DNA of 64,000 nucleotides, from contig CBFIGY010000006.1 of NCBI GenBank assembly GCA_965662235.1, forward strand, positions 32,001 through 96,000. Reading direction: 5' to 3'. Shown piece by piece: positions 20,290-28,847 of this stretch (within the stretch, counting starts at the first letter, position 1; every line of letters begins with the position of its first letter). The translations under genes and the position numbers were made by a program. This DNA comes from an uncultured bacterium. Its GTDB lineage: Bacteria; SAR324; NAC60-12. The notes below the pieces were generated by a model that was not told the DNA's origin, did no database searches, and saw nothing but the letters and a program-made list of their open reading frames with translations.

Positions 20290-22173
20290 ATGAACTTCTT
20301 CTGTGTTTCCTCTCGCTGGACGTCTGGTCTGCTGGCTGGACTTCTGCTGCTGGCTCATTCAGCCTTCGCCAATGAGGGTCCTCGGATTCCACCGGACATG
20401 GTGGTCAAGGAATTCCCCATTCATGTCGACAAGCGTGCTGCCAGCCTCATCAAGCTGTACACCACCAAGAAGCGGGACCAGATTGCCAAGGGCATTCAGC
20501 GCTCCGGGCGCTACCTGCCGATGATCCGGCGCGAGCTGCGAGACGCCGGACTGCCTCTGGATCTGGCATACATGGTTGCTGCTGAAAGCAACTTCAACCT
20601 CAAGGCCCGCTCCCACATGAACGCCGTGGGCCTGTGGCAGTTCATTGCCCCAACGGGCCGACGGTACGGCCTGCGGATTGACGATTGGGTAGACGAACGC
20701 CGTGATCCGATCAAGGCCACCCGGGCAGCAATTTCCTACCTCTCTGACCTGTACGTCCGGTTTGAGGACTGGGAACTGGCCATGGCTGGGTACAACGCAG
20801 GAGAAAATCGGGTGGAGCGGGCGATCCGTTACAACAAGCAGCGGAACCGAAAGACCGACTACCGCTCCTTGCGACTGCCTCGAGAGACGCGTGGGTACGT
20901 TCCCTCGATCATGGCGCTGGCGATGATTCACCGCAACCCAAGTGCTCACGGATTCAGCTGGATCCGCTTGGATCCGCCTATGGATGAGGCACAGGTGGCC
21001 CTGCCCGTCAGCTACTCCTTGGAAGAAGTCGCTGAGCGCGTCGGCATGCCATTCGATGACTTCAAGCTCATCAACTCCAAGTACTTCCGGAGCACCCCAC
21101 CGCTCACAGACGACAAGTACACCGTTTACCTGCCGAAGGTGCACCACGAAAAGCTGCTGGAGTCGCTCCGGCAGGCTCCGGAACCGTCTTTGGACTGGAT
21201 TTCCGCCTACTCCAATCACTTGGGCAACTCCAGTTCTGTCACCCGCCTGTTGCAAAAGCACGGCGCCGTGCGTTACATCCGGGTCCGCTCAGGGGACAAC
21301 CTTTGGGACCTGGCCCGCAAGCACAACACCACGGTCCGGCGCTTGGCAACATGGAATGGTCTCCGAACCAACTCCATGCTCCGGATCAACCAGCGGCTGA
21401 AGCTTTACATTCCCACCTGGGATGTGGTCCGCGAAGTCGCCAAGATGGATTCCGGGAAGTCTGCTCCTCCGAAGTCTCGGCTGGTGGCGTCTAAGTCTCC
21501 ACTTGAAGTGAAGGTTCCTGCCGGTGTCACCTTAGAAGACTTGGGTCGCCGCTACAACATCAGCCCCTCCCAACTGCGTGACCTGAATCAGCTTCAGCCA
21601 GGAGAGCAGGTCCGTGCAGGGCAAAAACTGGTGGTCGGCCAGCACGTGGTCCGGACCCGCAAGATCCGAGTGCCTCGGGGAGCAACCCTTTCCGGACTGG
21701 CTCAGCGCTACCGGACCTCGGTTTCTCGGCTGATGGAGTGGAATGGCTTCTCCAGTGCCCGGGACCTGAAGGCTGGACAGAACCTCATTGTGGCTCAGTC
21801 CCTGGTTCCGGCGACCTATGCGCGCAAAGCTGACGGTTACCAGACCATCCGGGTTCCGCGCAACGCGACGCTCTCTGAGCTGGCGATGCGACACAAGGTC
21901 AGTGTTTCTCAGCTGCTTGCCTGGAACAACCTCGATCACCCCCGTCAGCTGAAAGCCGGGCAGAGCCTCATTGTTGGGGAGCGCCGGTTGGGACGTCCTG
22001 CAGCCACTCCGGGACACATCACCATTCGTGTCCAGCGAGGCGATACGCTCTGGCAGTTGGCCCGTAAGTACCGGACGTCCGTCCAGAACCTCGTTGCTCT
22101 GAACGACCTCAAGGCCGGACGCCCCATCCAGCCGAACCAGAAACTGATTGTCCCCTCCCGCGACGAATCCTAA
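20290..22173 (+). CDS. MltD-like lytic transglycosylase with multiple LysM repeats
   Basis: SLT motifs (AAESNF, AVGLWQF, AGYNAGE, ETRGYVP) followed by about five LysM repeats (GDNLWDLARKH, GATLSGLAQRY, GDTLWQLARKY). Confidence 0.92.
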   Translation: MNFFCVSSRWTSGLLAGLLLLAHSAFANEGPRIPPDMVVKEFPIHVDKRAASLIKLYTTKKRDQIAKGIQRSGRYLPMIRRELRDAGLPLDLAYMVAAESNFNLKARSHMNAVGLWQFIAPTGRRYGLRIDDWVDERRDPIKATRAAISYLSDLYVRFEDWELAMAGYNAGENRVERAIRYNKQRNRKTDYRSLRLPRETRGYVPSIMALAMIHRNPSAHGFSWIRLDPPMDEAQVALPVSYSLEEVAERVGMPFDDFKLINSKYFRSTPPLTDDKYTVYLPKVHHEKLLESLRQAPEPSLDWISAYSNHLGNSSSVTRLLQKHGAVRYIRVRSGDNLWDLARKHNTTVRRLATWNGLRTNSMLRINQRLKLYIPTWDVVREVAKMDSGKSAPPKSRLVASKSPLEVKVPAGVTLEDLGRRYNISPSQLRDLNQLQPGEQVRAGQKLVVGQHVVRTRKIRVPRGATLSGLAQRYRTSVSRLMEWNGFSSARDLKAGQNLIVAQSLVPATYARKADGYQTIRVPRNATLSELAMRHKVSVSQLLAWNNLDHPRQLKAGQSLIVGERRLGRPAATPGHITIRVQRGDTLWQLARKYRTSVQNLVALNDLKAGRPIQPNQKLIVPSRDES

Positions 22174-22184
22174 GAGTTTCCCTC

Positions 22185-23042
22185 GTGCAAACCATCAGTG
22201 AAAAGAAGGCGCTTCTTCTGGAGGCGCTTCCTTATATCCAACGCTTCCACCAGAAGATCGTCGTCATCAAGTACGGTGGCGCCGCCATGATTGATCCTGA
22301 ACTGAAGAAGAGCTTTGCTCAGGATGTGGTCCTCTTGCAGTCCCTGGGCATGCGTCCCGTTGTGGTTCACGGCGGTGGCCCAGAGGTTTCTCGGGCGATG
22401 CAGCAGATGGGACAGGAAGTGGAGTTTGTCGACGGCCTCCGGGTCACCAGTGCCGACAACCTTCGGGTGGCTGAGATGGTTCTCTCCGGAAACATCAATA
22501 AGGAGATCATTGCGAACCTCACGACTTTCGGAGGAAAGGCGGTTGGGCTCAGTGGAAAGGACGGTCACCTGATTGACGCCCGCAAAAAGATTACCCCGAC
22601 CGGTCAGGATCTGGGGTACGTCGGAGATGTGGTTCAGACGAATCCGGAGCTGCTGGAGGTCCTTCTTGGGCGTGGCTTCCTTCCGGTTGTTTCTCCCATT
22701 GGCATGGGCAAGGACGGGACCACGTACAACATCAACGCCGACACCGTGGCATCTCGGATTGCCGTTGCCCTGAAGGCCTACCGCATCATCTTCATGACGG
22801 ACGTCGATGGCATCCTCAAGGAGAATGAGCTGCAGTCAGAGCTGACTGTTGATCAAACGGAACAGATGATTGAAGAGGGAATCATTCGAGGGGGGATGGC
22901 TCCCAAGGTGGAAGCCCTGCTGTACTGTGTCCGGAACGGGGTCCAGTCCGCGCAGATCATCAACGGGACGGACCCTCATTCGGTGCTTGCGGAACTCTTT
23001 ACCGATCAAGGAATCGGTACCAAGATCATCACTCATGCCTGA
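22185..23042 (+). CDS. argB: Acetylglutamate kinase
   Basis: VIKYGGAAM, VHGGGP, GLRVT, YNINAD and GGMAPK; GTG start. Confidence 0.97.
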   Translation: MQTISEKKALLLEALPYIQRFHQKIVVIKYGGAAMIDPELKKSFAQDVVLLQSLGMRPVVVHGGGPEVSRAMQQMGQEVEFVDGLRVTSADNLRVAEMVLSGNINKEIIANLTTFGGKAVGLSGKDGHLIDARKKITPTGQDLGYVGDVVQTNPELLEVLLGRGFLPVVSPIGMGKDGTTYNINADTVASRIAVALKAYRIIFMTDVDGILKENELQSELTVDQTEQMIEEGIIRGGMAPKVEALLYCVRNGVQSAQIINGTDPHSVLAELFTDQGIGTKIITHA

Positions 23043-23254
23043 TCAGGCTCTGGTTCCACCTGACGGGCCTTCCGGACCAGCCAGTAGACAAATCCCCCGA
23101 TCAAGAAGATGGGGATGAACATCATGAGCGCGGTTGCCAAGTAGTACGCGTTCAGCGATCCCCCACTCCCCGAAAAACAGACCGCACAGGCCCAAGCAGA
23201 GTTAGGAGCCGCCAGCGTGATGGCCGCCAGCAGGAAGAAGAGGGCTTTGGTCAT
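23033..23254 (-). CDS. Small membrane protein with CAVC motif (last gene of the oxidase operon)
   Basis: Signal peptide ending AWA, then CAVC and one transmembrane helix; overlaps the upstream gene stop. Confidence 0.75.
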   Translation of the reverse strand: MTKALFFLLAAITLAAPNSAWACAVCFSGSGGSLNAYYLATALMMFIPIFLIGGFVYWLVRKARQVEPEPDQA

Positions 23255-23871
23255 GCGAGGTACACCAGAACGTAAAGGACCGGCCAGATTCCCACCACGA
23301 AGTACCAGAACACTTCCATGGCCCGGAACCCTTCATCGGTCAGTGGTTTTGAGGCATTGGGCGCCAACCGGATCCACGTGTAGACCATTGCCATGACTGC
23401 GGTCAGGACGTGCAGGCCGTGCATCCCAATGATGAGGTAGAACATCCCCCCGTAGTTGCTGGAGGTGACGGTCAGACCGTACGCCAGCAGCTGAGCCCAC
23501 TCGAATCCTTGAAAGAGCAGGAAAAACACGCCGGCTCCAATGCTCATGCCCATCAGGCGGTAAACCTGCTTCCGGTCGGACTTCAGGTGCCGTCCGGCCA
23601 GAAACATCAGCACCCCACTTCCCAGCAGAACCAGAGAGTTGAAGGCCGTGCTCCAGATGGGCAGACGAGGCTGTCCCCACGGAGGCCACTCCGGGATCCC
23701 AGAACGGATGATGATGTAGGCGCTGATCAGCGAGGCAAAGAGCATCAGCTCCGTCACAATGAAGGCGAGGACCGCAAAGACGGAGCTGGGAACTAGGGGA
23801 GCGGGTCGAGCAGGGGCCGTCCCTTCAGAGGACGGCTCCACCACGAGCCCAACGAGTAAGGGGAAAGTCAT
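23251..23871 (-). CDS. Heme-copper oxidase subunit III-like protein (second copy)
   Basis: FIVTELMLFASL, NSLVLLGSG, GMHGLHV and FWYFVVGIW. Confidence 0.88.
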   Translation of the reverse strand: MTFPLLVGLVVEPSSEGTAPARPAPLVPSSVFAVLAFIVTELMLFASLISAYIIIRSGIPEWPPWGQPRLPIWSTAFNSLVLLGSGVLMFLAGRHLKSDRKQVYRLMGMSIGAGVFFLLFQGFEWAQLLAYGLTVTSSNYGGMFYLIIGMHGLHVLTAVMAMVYTWIRLAPNASKPLTDEGFRAMEVFWYFVVGIWPVLYVLVYLA

Positions 23872-24284
23872 TGGCCGCTATGAGTCTGTGCATCGTGAGC
23901 AGCAGACACTTCAGCGTACGTGTGAGGTGTAACAATGATTCGCTGCTCAACCGTGCAGGTTTTATTGGCAACGCAGTCTTCCCAGTTCTGCCCGGTGGTC
24001 TTGATGACATCCGAGGCAACCCCAAAGAAAAACACTGCACCAATAACGATTAGGGACGCGAGCAGCAGGAACCAGACAATTTTCTTTTCAAAACGTAAAT
24101 GCATGAAATCGGCGCAAACCATGTAGGCTTTGACCACCGCAATTCCGAATGCTGTGATGACAATGATCCAGTTCGCATCCAGCGCATGACCGATCTCCGG
24201 ACCAATCAGGCTGACGATGAGCAGGCCGAGCAGAATCGCCCAAATTTTAACGTAATTAGGATGTGCGTGTGCAGACTCTGACAT
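23868..24284 (-). CDS. Cytochrome c oxidase subunit IV family protein
   Basis: YVKIWAILL, AVVKAYMV..FMHL.FE; three transmembrane helices. Confidence 0.85.
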   Translation of the reverse strand: MSESAHAHPNYVKIWAILLGLLIVSLIGPEIGHALDANWIIVITAFGIAVVKAYMVCADFMHLRFEKKIVWFLLLASLIVIGAVFFFGVASDVIKTTGQNWEDCVANKTCTVEQRIIVTPHTYAEVSAAHDAQTHSGQ

Positions 24285-24292
24285 AGGGCTCC

Positions 24293-24874
24293 TCAGAAGT
24301 TGGCGATGTAGAGCATGGGGAAGAGGAAGATCCAGACGATGTCAACAAAGTGCCAGTACAGCCCAACGAGTTCGACGCGCTGCAGGTGGAACCCCTTGCG
24401 GACATCAAGAGAGACGAGTCCCATGATGATCATGCCTCCCAGGACGTGCACCGCGTGCAGGCCTGTCATGGTGAAGTAGAACGACCAGAAGATGTTGGTC
24501 GTGAAGCCGACCCCGTGGGAGATCTTGCTGTAGTACTCAAAGGCCTTCACGCACATGAAGATCAAGCCACCTGCAATGGTGATCCAGGTGAACTTGAAGG
24601 CCTTTTGGCCATCGCCATGCTCAGCTGCGTCGTGCGCCAACACAATGGTCAGGCTCGATGTCAACAGGACAAAGGTATTCAAGGCCCCTGCCCAGGTGAC
24701 GGTCAGCGTGGCATCTTCCATCCCGGGAGCGCCATTGAACTTGTAAAGCAGGAAGACAGCAATCAAGCCGCCGAAGATAAACACCTCAGAGGCCAGCAAC
24801 CACCATAGTGCCAAACGGGCAGATGGAATGCCGGTGGCACAACGGCCAGTGGCAATGGGTCCTTGCATTGACAT
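24293..24874 (-). CDS. coxC: Cytochrome c oxidase subunit III (short form)
   Basis: LASEVFIFG, NTFVLLTSS, TGLHAVHV and LYWHFVDIVW. Confidence 0.92.
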   Translation of the reverse strand: MSMQGPIATGRCATGIPSARLALWWLLASEVFIFGGLIAVFLLYKFNGAPGMEDATLTVTWAGALNTFVLLTSSLTIVLAHDAAEHGDGQKAFKFTWITIAGGLIFMCVKAFEYYSKISHGVGFTTNIFWSFYFTMTGLHAVHVLGGMIIMGLVSLDVRKGFHLQRVELVGLYWHFVDIVWIFLFPMLYIANF

Positions 24875-24915
24875 GAAACGACTCTCTTAAGAAAAATTAA
24901 GCGGGACTGGGCAAG

Positions 24916-24936
24916 GTCCCCGGACGAGCCGGGGAC
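24916..24936. other. Intergenic stem-loop between coxA and coxC
   Basis: GTCCCCGG-ACGAG-CCGGGGAC, a perfect 8-bp stem. Confidence 0.5.
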
Positions 24937-24943
24937 GCATGGC

Positions 24944-26665
24944 TCAGTTGCGATCTGGCATGTGCTGGGGCCAGAAGTCCTCCCGGTTCCCCGGGACGCT
25001 GTACTCGTACGGTCCGCGGTACACCACCGGCAGCTCCTTGAAGTTGCCGTGCGGAGGAGGAGACGGTGCCGCCCACTCCAGCGTGTTCGCCTTCCAGGGA
25101 TTGGCCTCGGCCTTTTCGCCATTGAACATGCTGGCGAAGAAGTTCCAGACAAACGGAATCTGGAAGAGCAGCAGCAGGACCAAGCTGGTGGTCGCGAAGA
25201 TCCGGATGCCCTGCAGGTCTGCCGATGCGAGGTCGGGGAAGTGCTGGTAGTTGTAGATCCGGCGGTGCTGTCCTGCCATTCCGAGGAGGAAGAGCGGCAT
25301 GAAGAGCCCGTTGAAGCAGATCACCGTTCCCCAGAAGTGGATCAGGCCCAGCGTCTTGTTCATGTGGCGTCCGAACATCTTCGGGTACCAGAAGTAGAGC
25401 GCCGCAAACATGGCGATGATCGCAATGGGGAAGAAGGTGTAGTGGAAGTGCGCAATCACGAAGTAGGTATCGTGGAAGAACAGGTCCGTTCCACTGGAAC
25501 CCAACGGAATGCCTGTCACCCCTCCAACCAGGAAGGTCACCAAGAAGGCTAGAGCCCAGAGCATCGGTAGCTCAAAGCGGATGGATCCGCCGTAAAGCGT
25601 GGCGATGTAACAGAACAGCATCTCTGCAATGGGCACCGAAATGAGAACGGTGGTCACGGTAAAGATGTTTGCCATCCGGGGATCAATGCCGGCAATGAAC
25701 TGGTGGTGCGCCCACACGATGAAGGAGAGGGCTCCTGTTGCAATGATCGTGTAGAGGATCGCCCGGTAGCCAAAGAGCTTCTTGCGGGCAAAAGTTGTGA
25801 TGATCTCAGCAACCACTCCCATCGCAGGGAAGAGGACAACGTAGACCTCAGGGTGTCCGAAGAACCAGAAGAGGTGCTGCCAAAGGACAGGGTCTCCGCC
25901 GGCTGACGGCAGGAAGAAAGTGGTTCCAAGTCGCTGGTCCATGAACAGCATCACGGCGCCGGCCACCAAGGGTCCGACGGAACCCATGAACATGATCACG
26001 GCGATGTTGATCGTCCAGACGAGAATCGGAACGTCCGTCATCTTCATGCCCGGAGCCCGGGAGTTCATGGTTGTGGTCAGGAAGTTCACGCCACCGATGA
26101 GGAAGGCGACAATTTCCAGGGTTACGGCAAGCAACCAGAGAGAAGACCCCCAGTTTGTGAGACTGTACTCGGCAACCGAAGAAAGCGGTGGGTAAGACGT
26201 CCACGCGCCTCCGAAGCCGCCGCCTTCCACAAAGTAGGAGAGCAGCAGGACGAGGATGCTGACGAAGAACACCTGCACCGACAGGCGGTTCAGGCGTGGG
26301 AAAGCCATGTCGTCACAGCCGATCATCAACGGGATCAGGTAGTTCCCGAAGGCGGCAATCAACACGGGCATGGCCACCCAGAAGATCATGATGGTCCCGT
26401 GGTTGGTGATCATCATGTTGTATTCAGCAGGGCTGACCACTCCGAAGCCAGGGACGGCTTCTCCTGGGAAGGCCAGCTGCATCCGGAAGGCATACGCAAA
26501 GAAGCCTCCCAGCGCCGCCATCAGCAGCCCTAGGAACATGTACTGCAGGCCGATCACTTTGTGATCCACCGAGAAGATGTACTTGCTCAGGAAGCTCTGA
26601 TCATGATGATGATCATCATGAGCGTGGGCCTCCTGATGCTGTACCGTTGCGGTTTGACTCATCAA
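24944..26665 (-). CDS. coxA: Cytochrome c oxidase subunit I, A1-type motif, atypical proton channels
   Basis: NHGTIM, GHPEVY, WAHH, HDTY, AHFHY and RR ligands are all present. Confidence 0.97.
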   Translation of the reverse strand: MMSQTATVQHQEAHAHDDHHHDQSFLSKYIFSVDHKVIGLQYMFLGLLMAALGGFFAYAFRMQLAFPGEAVPGFGVVSPAEYNMMITNHGTIMIFWVAMPVLIAAFGNYLIPLMIGCDDMAFPRLNRLSVQVFFVSILVLLLSYFVEGGGFGGAWTSYPPLSSVAEYSLTNWGSSLWLLAVTLEIVAFLIGGVNFLTTTMNSRAPGMKMTDVPILVWTINIAVIMFMGSVGPLVAGAVMLFMDQRLGTTFFLPSAGGDPVLWQHLFWFFGHPEVYVVLFPAMGVVAEIITTFARKKLFGYRAILYTIIATGALSFIVWAHHQFIAGIDPRMANIFTVTTVLISVPIAEMLFCYIATLYGGSIRFELPMLWALAFLVTFLVGGVTGIPLGSSGTDLFFHDTYFVIAHFHYTFFPIAIIAMFAALYFWYPKMFGRHMNKTLGLIHFWGTVICFNGLFMPLFLLGMAGQHRRIYNYQHFPDLASADLQGIRIFATTSLVLLLLFQIPFVWNFFASMFNGEKAEANPWKANTLEWAAPSPPPHGNFKELPVVYRGPYEYSVPGNREDFWPQHMPDRN

Positions 26666-26700
26666 TCCTCCTTGTTGGATCTCAGATGAAGGGAAAGGGG

Positions 26701-27489
26701 TTAGTTACTGCTGACCAGATTTTCCTCACCCGCATTCACGGTGTTCTGGCTCACTTGGGGACGCTTGGCGGCAATCGGAATCGGATCGTTCTCAAGCCGC
26801 TTCAGGTAATCGCTCTCGTAGGTGCCATTCTTGATGGCTTCCATGGTTTGCTGGTAGCTTTCCGGCGTGTGAACGGTGATGGATCCCCCCATGATTCCGT
26901 GACCGTGGCCACACATTTCAGCACACTGCACGTCGTACGTGCCCACTTGGGTCGGCTCAAACCAACCGGTGATGGTTCGGCCTGGGATCATGTCCTGCTT
27001 CAACCGGAAGGCCGGCACAGAGAAGTTGTGCAGCACGTCCCGAGACTGAAGTTCAAAGTGGTACACCTTGTTCACTTCCACATGCAGGTCGTTCACGGTT
27101 GCAATGTCGTCTTCCGTGTCCAACTGGCCATCTGGACCGGAGTGAATGAAGGCCCAGGACCACTGCTGCCCAATCACCCGAATGGTGTCATCTTTCGGGG
27201 GCAGGGTCTGCTTCACGTTCACCCACACCATGATGGACCCGGCAATCAGCACCACGTCACACAGAATGATCGCGTAGTGCGGATAATGGATCCACTTGTT
27301 CTCCTTGTGCTTCTCTCCCGTCACGTACATGGCCTTCACGCCTTCACGGTGCCGGAAGCGGATCATGAAGTACGCCAGCGTTGCTAGGGTCAGGACAAAC
27401 CAGAAGCCCACCACAACCACAATCAAGAAGAAAACGCTGTCAACGTCTCCACTGAAGGTGGACGCTTGAGGCATGAAGTAATCAAGCAT
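26701..27489 (-). CDS. coxB: Cytochrome c oxidase subunit II (CuA)
   Basis: Two transmembrane helices, QQWSW, DVLHNF and CAEMCGHGHGIM CuA motif. Confidence 0.96.
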   Translation of the reverse strand: MLDYFMPQASTFSGDVDSVFFLIVVVVGFWFVLTLATLAYFMIRFRHREGVKAMYVTGEKHKENKWIHYPHYAIILCDVVLIAGSIMVWVNVKQTLPPKDDTIRVIGQQWSWAFIHSGPDGQLDTEDDIATVNDLHVEVNKVYHFELQSRDVLHNFSVPAFRLKQDMIPGRTITGWFEPTQVGTYDVQCAEMCGHGHGIMGGSITVHTPESYQQTMEAIKNGTYESDYLKRLENDPIPIAAKRPQVSQNTVNAGEENLVSSN

Positions 27490-27528
27490 GGAACTACCTT
27501 TTCGAGGTTAGGAACTCCGGTCGGAGGG

Positions 27529-27660
27529 TTAGAGGACAAAAATGATGACCGACATCATGAACAGAACGCAGCCGGCAACAGTGACAACAAAGACCTTGGA
27601 AACCAACTCATCGGCCTCCTGAGGCAGGGTATGATGAAAGGACTCTTTTTCGTGGGACAT
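27529..27660 (-). CDS. 43-aa single-transmembrane protein (not in ORF track), putative small oxidase subunit
   Basis: Hand translation MSHEKESFHHTLPQEADELVSKVFVVTVAGCVLFMMSVIIFVL*; GGAGAG Shine-Dalgarno upstream; fills the gap between ctaB and coxB. Confidence 0.72.
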   Translation of the reverse strand: MSHEKESFHHTLPQEADELVSKVFVVTVAGCVLFMMSVIIFVL

Positions 27661-27674
27661 GGAGGCTCTCCGGG

Positions 27675-28580
27675 TTAGATCAGGAAATTGTCAACGACCA
27701 GGGCGATCGCAATCAGAGGTAGGTAAATGATGGAAATCAAAAACACCGATCGGGCCTTTGCCACAGTCGGCTGATGCCAGAACCAGAGGGAGCCTGCGAG
27801 GAAGACACTTCCCAGCACCACTGCGCTCACCAGGTAAAACGTCTCTGCTTGCCCTGCCAGATTGAAGGTCAGACTGGCGGCCAGCAGGATGACGGTGTTG
27901 ATCACAATGTGACGCGCCGTCCGGACTCCCTGGTCGTCTCCCAGAGAGAGCATCCGGAACCCGCCCATTGCGTAGTCCTTGCGGAAGGCCCAAGCCAGCG
28001 CCAGGAAGTGCGGAAGTTGCCAGAAGTACATCAGCAGGAAGATGGGGAGCATCTGCCAGTTCATCTCCCCCTCTGCGGCCGCCCAGCCCATCAGGGGGGG
28101 GAGCGCTCCGGTCACGGCACCCATCCAGGTATTGAGGGCGGTCACCTGCTTGAGGGGCGTGTACAGCAACACATAGGAAGCAAGAGTCAGTCCGCCCAGG
28201 ATCGCGGTGAGCGAGTTCACGGTCAGACTCAGGTAAAGCAATCCCACCAGCATCAGTCCCACCCCAAAGCGCAGTGCCTCTTCAGAGCTCAGGCGTCCGG
28301 CTGGAAGAGGACGGTTTCGGGTCCGGGGCATCCGTCCATCCGGAATGCGCTCGTACCACTGGTTCAGGGCATGGGCCGCTGCGCCAACCAACGCAGTCCC
28401 AATCAACATGTGCAGCAGGGCCAGAGGCGCACCACTCTGAGGCGCCAGGCTGAAGCCCAGGGCAGCGCTGAGCAGCACCATCGCCAGCAGGCGAGGCTTG
28501 GTCAACGACCAGTAGTCAGCGAGTTTGTTCGTTTGCGGTGCAACGCCTTCTAGCGAGTAAGCTTTGGTCGGGGTGGGCAC
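27675..28580 (-). CDS. ctaB: Heme O synthase (protoheme IX farnesyltransferase)
   Basis: LTKPR, LNQWYERIPD..M.RT.NRPLP, YTPLK and FWQLPHF. Confidence 0.96.
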   Translation of the reverse strand: MPTPTKAYSLEGVAPQTNKLADYWSLTKPRLLAMVLLSAALGFSLAPQSGAPLALLHMLIGTALVGAAAHALNQWYERIPDGRMPRTRNRPLPAGRLSSEEALRFGVGLMLVGLLYLSLTVNSLTAILGGLTLASYVLLYTPLKQVTALNTWMGAVTGALPPLMGWAAAEGEMNWQMLPIFLLMYFWQLPHFLALAWAFRKDYAMGGFRMLSLGDDQGVRTARHIVINTVILLAASLTFNLAGQAETFYLVSAVVLGSVFLAGSLWFWHQPTVAKARSVFLISIIYLPLIAIALVVDNFLI

Positions 28581-28776
28581 GGAGACGGCTCGTTGGGTTT
28601 TAAATCCTCTTGGAAAAAAGAGGTGATAAACAGCGCAAAAGCTAGCATAAACAGCTCCCTTACTGCAAGGGAAAAACTCACCCGCCCCCGGCCCTGACCT
28701 CTCCTCTGCGCCCGGCCTCCGCTTGCCCGCTTTCGTGATTTACGCCTTTCCCTGAAACGTCCTTACGAATCTCATC

Positions 28777-28805
28777 TTGAAATATACCCTATGGGGGTAT
28801 AGAGT
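28777..28805 (+). promoter_or_regulatory. copA promoter with CsoR-type operator in the spacer
   Basis: TTGAAA-17 nt-TAGAGT; palindrome TATACCC-TATGG-GGGTATA (28783-28801) has the C-tract/G-tract form typical of CsoR/RcnR operators. Confidence 0.8.
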
Positions 28806-28847
28806 GAAGGCCTGTTGACCATTACCGCAACAGGCCGTAAACCCATC

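Noticed and set aside
21270..22160. Repetitive segments as a possible DNA repeat array or CRISPR
   Set aside because: They are protein-level LysM repeats with divergent DNA and no identical repeats or spacers.
24944..26665. Subunit I as a nitric oxide reductase or a pseudogene
   Set aside because: The cross-link Tyr (HPEVY), CuB His ligands and CuA partner are intact and the frame is uninterrupted.
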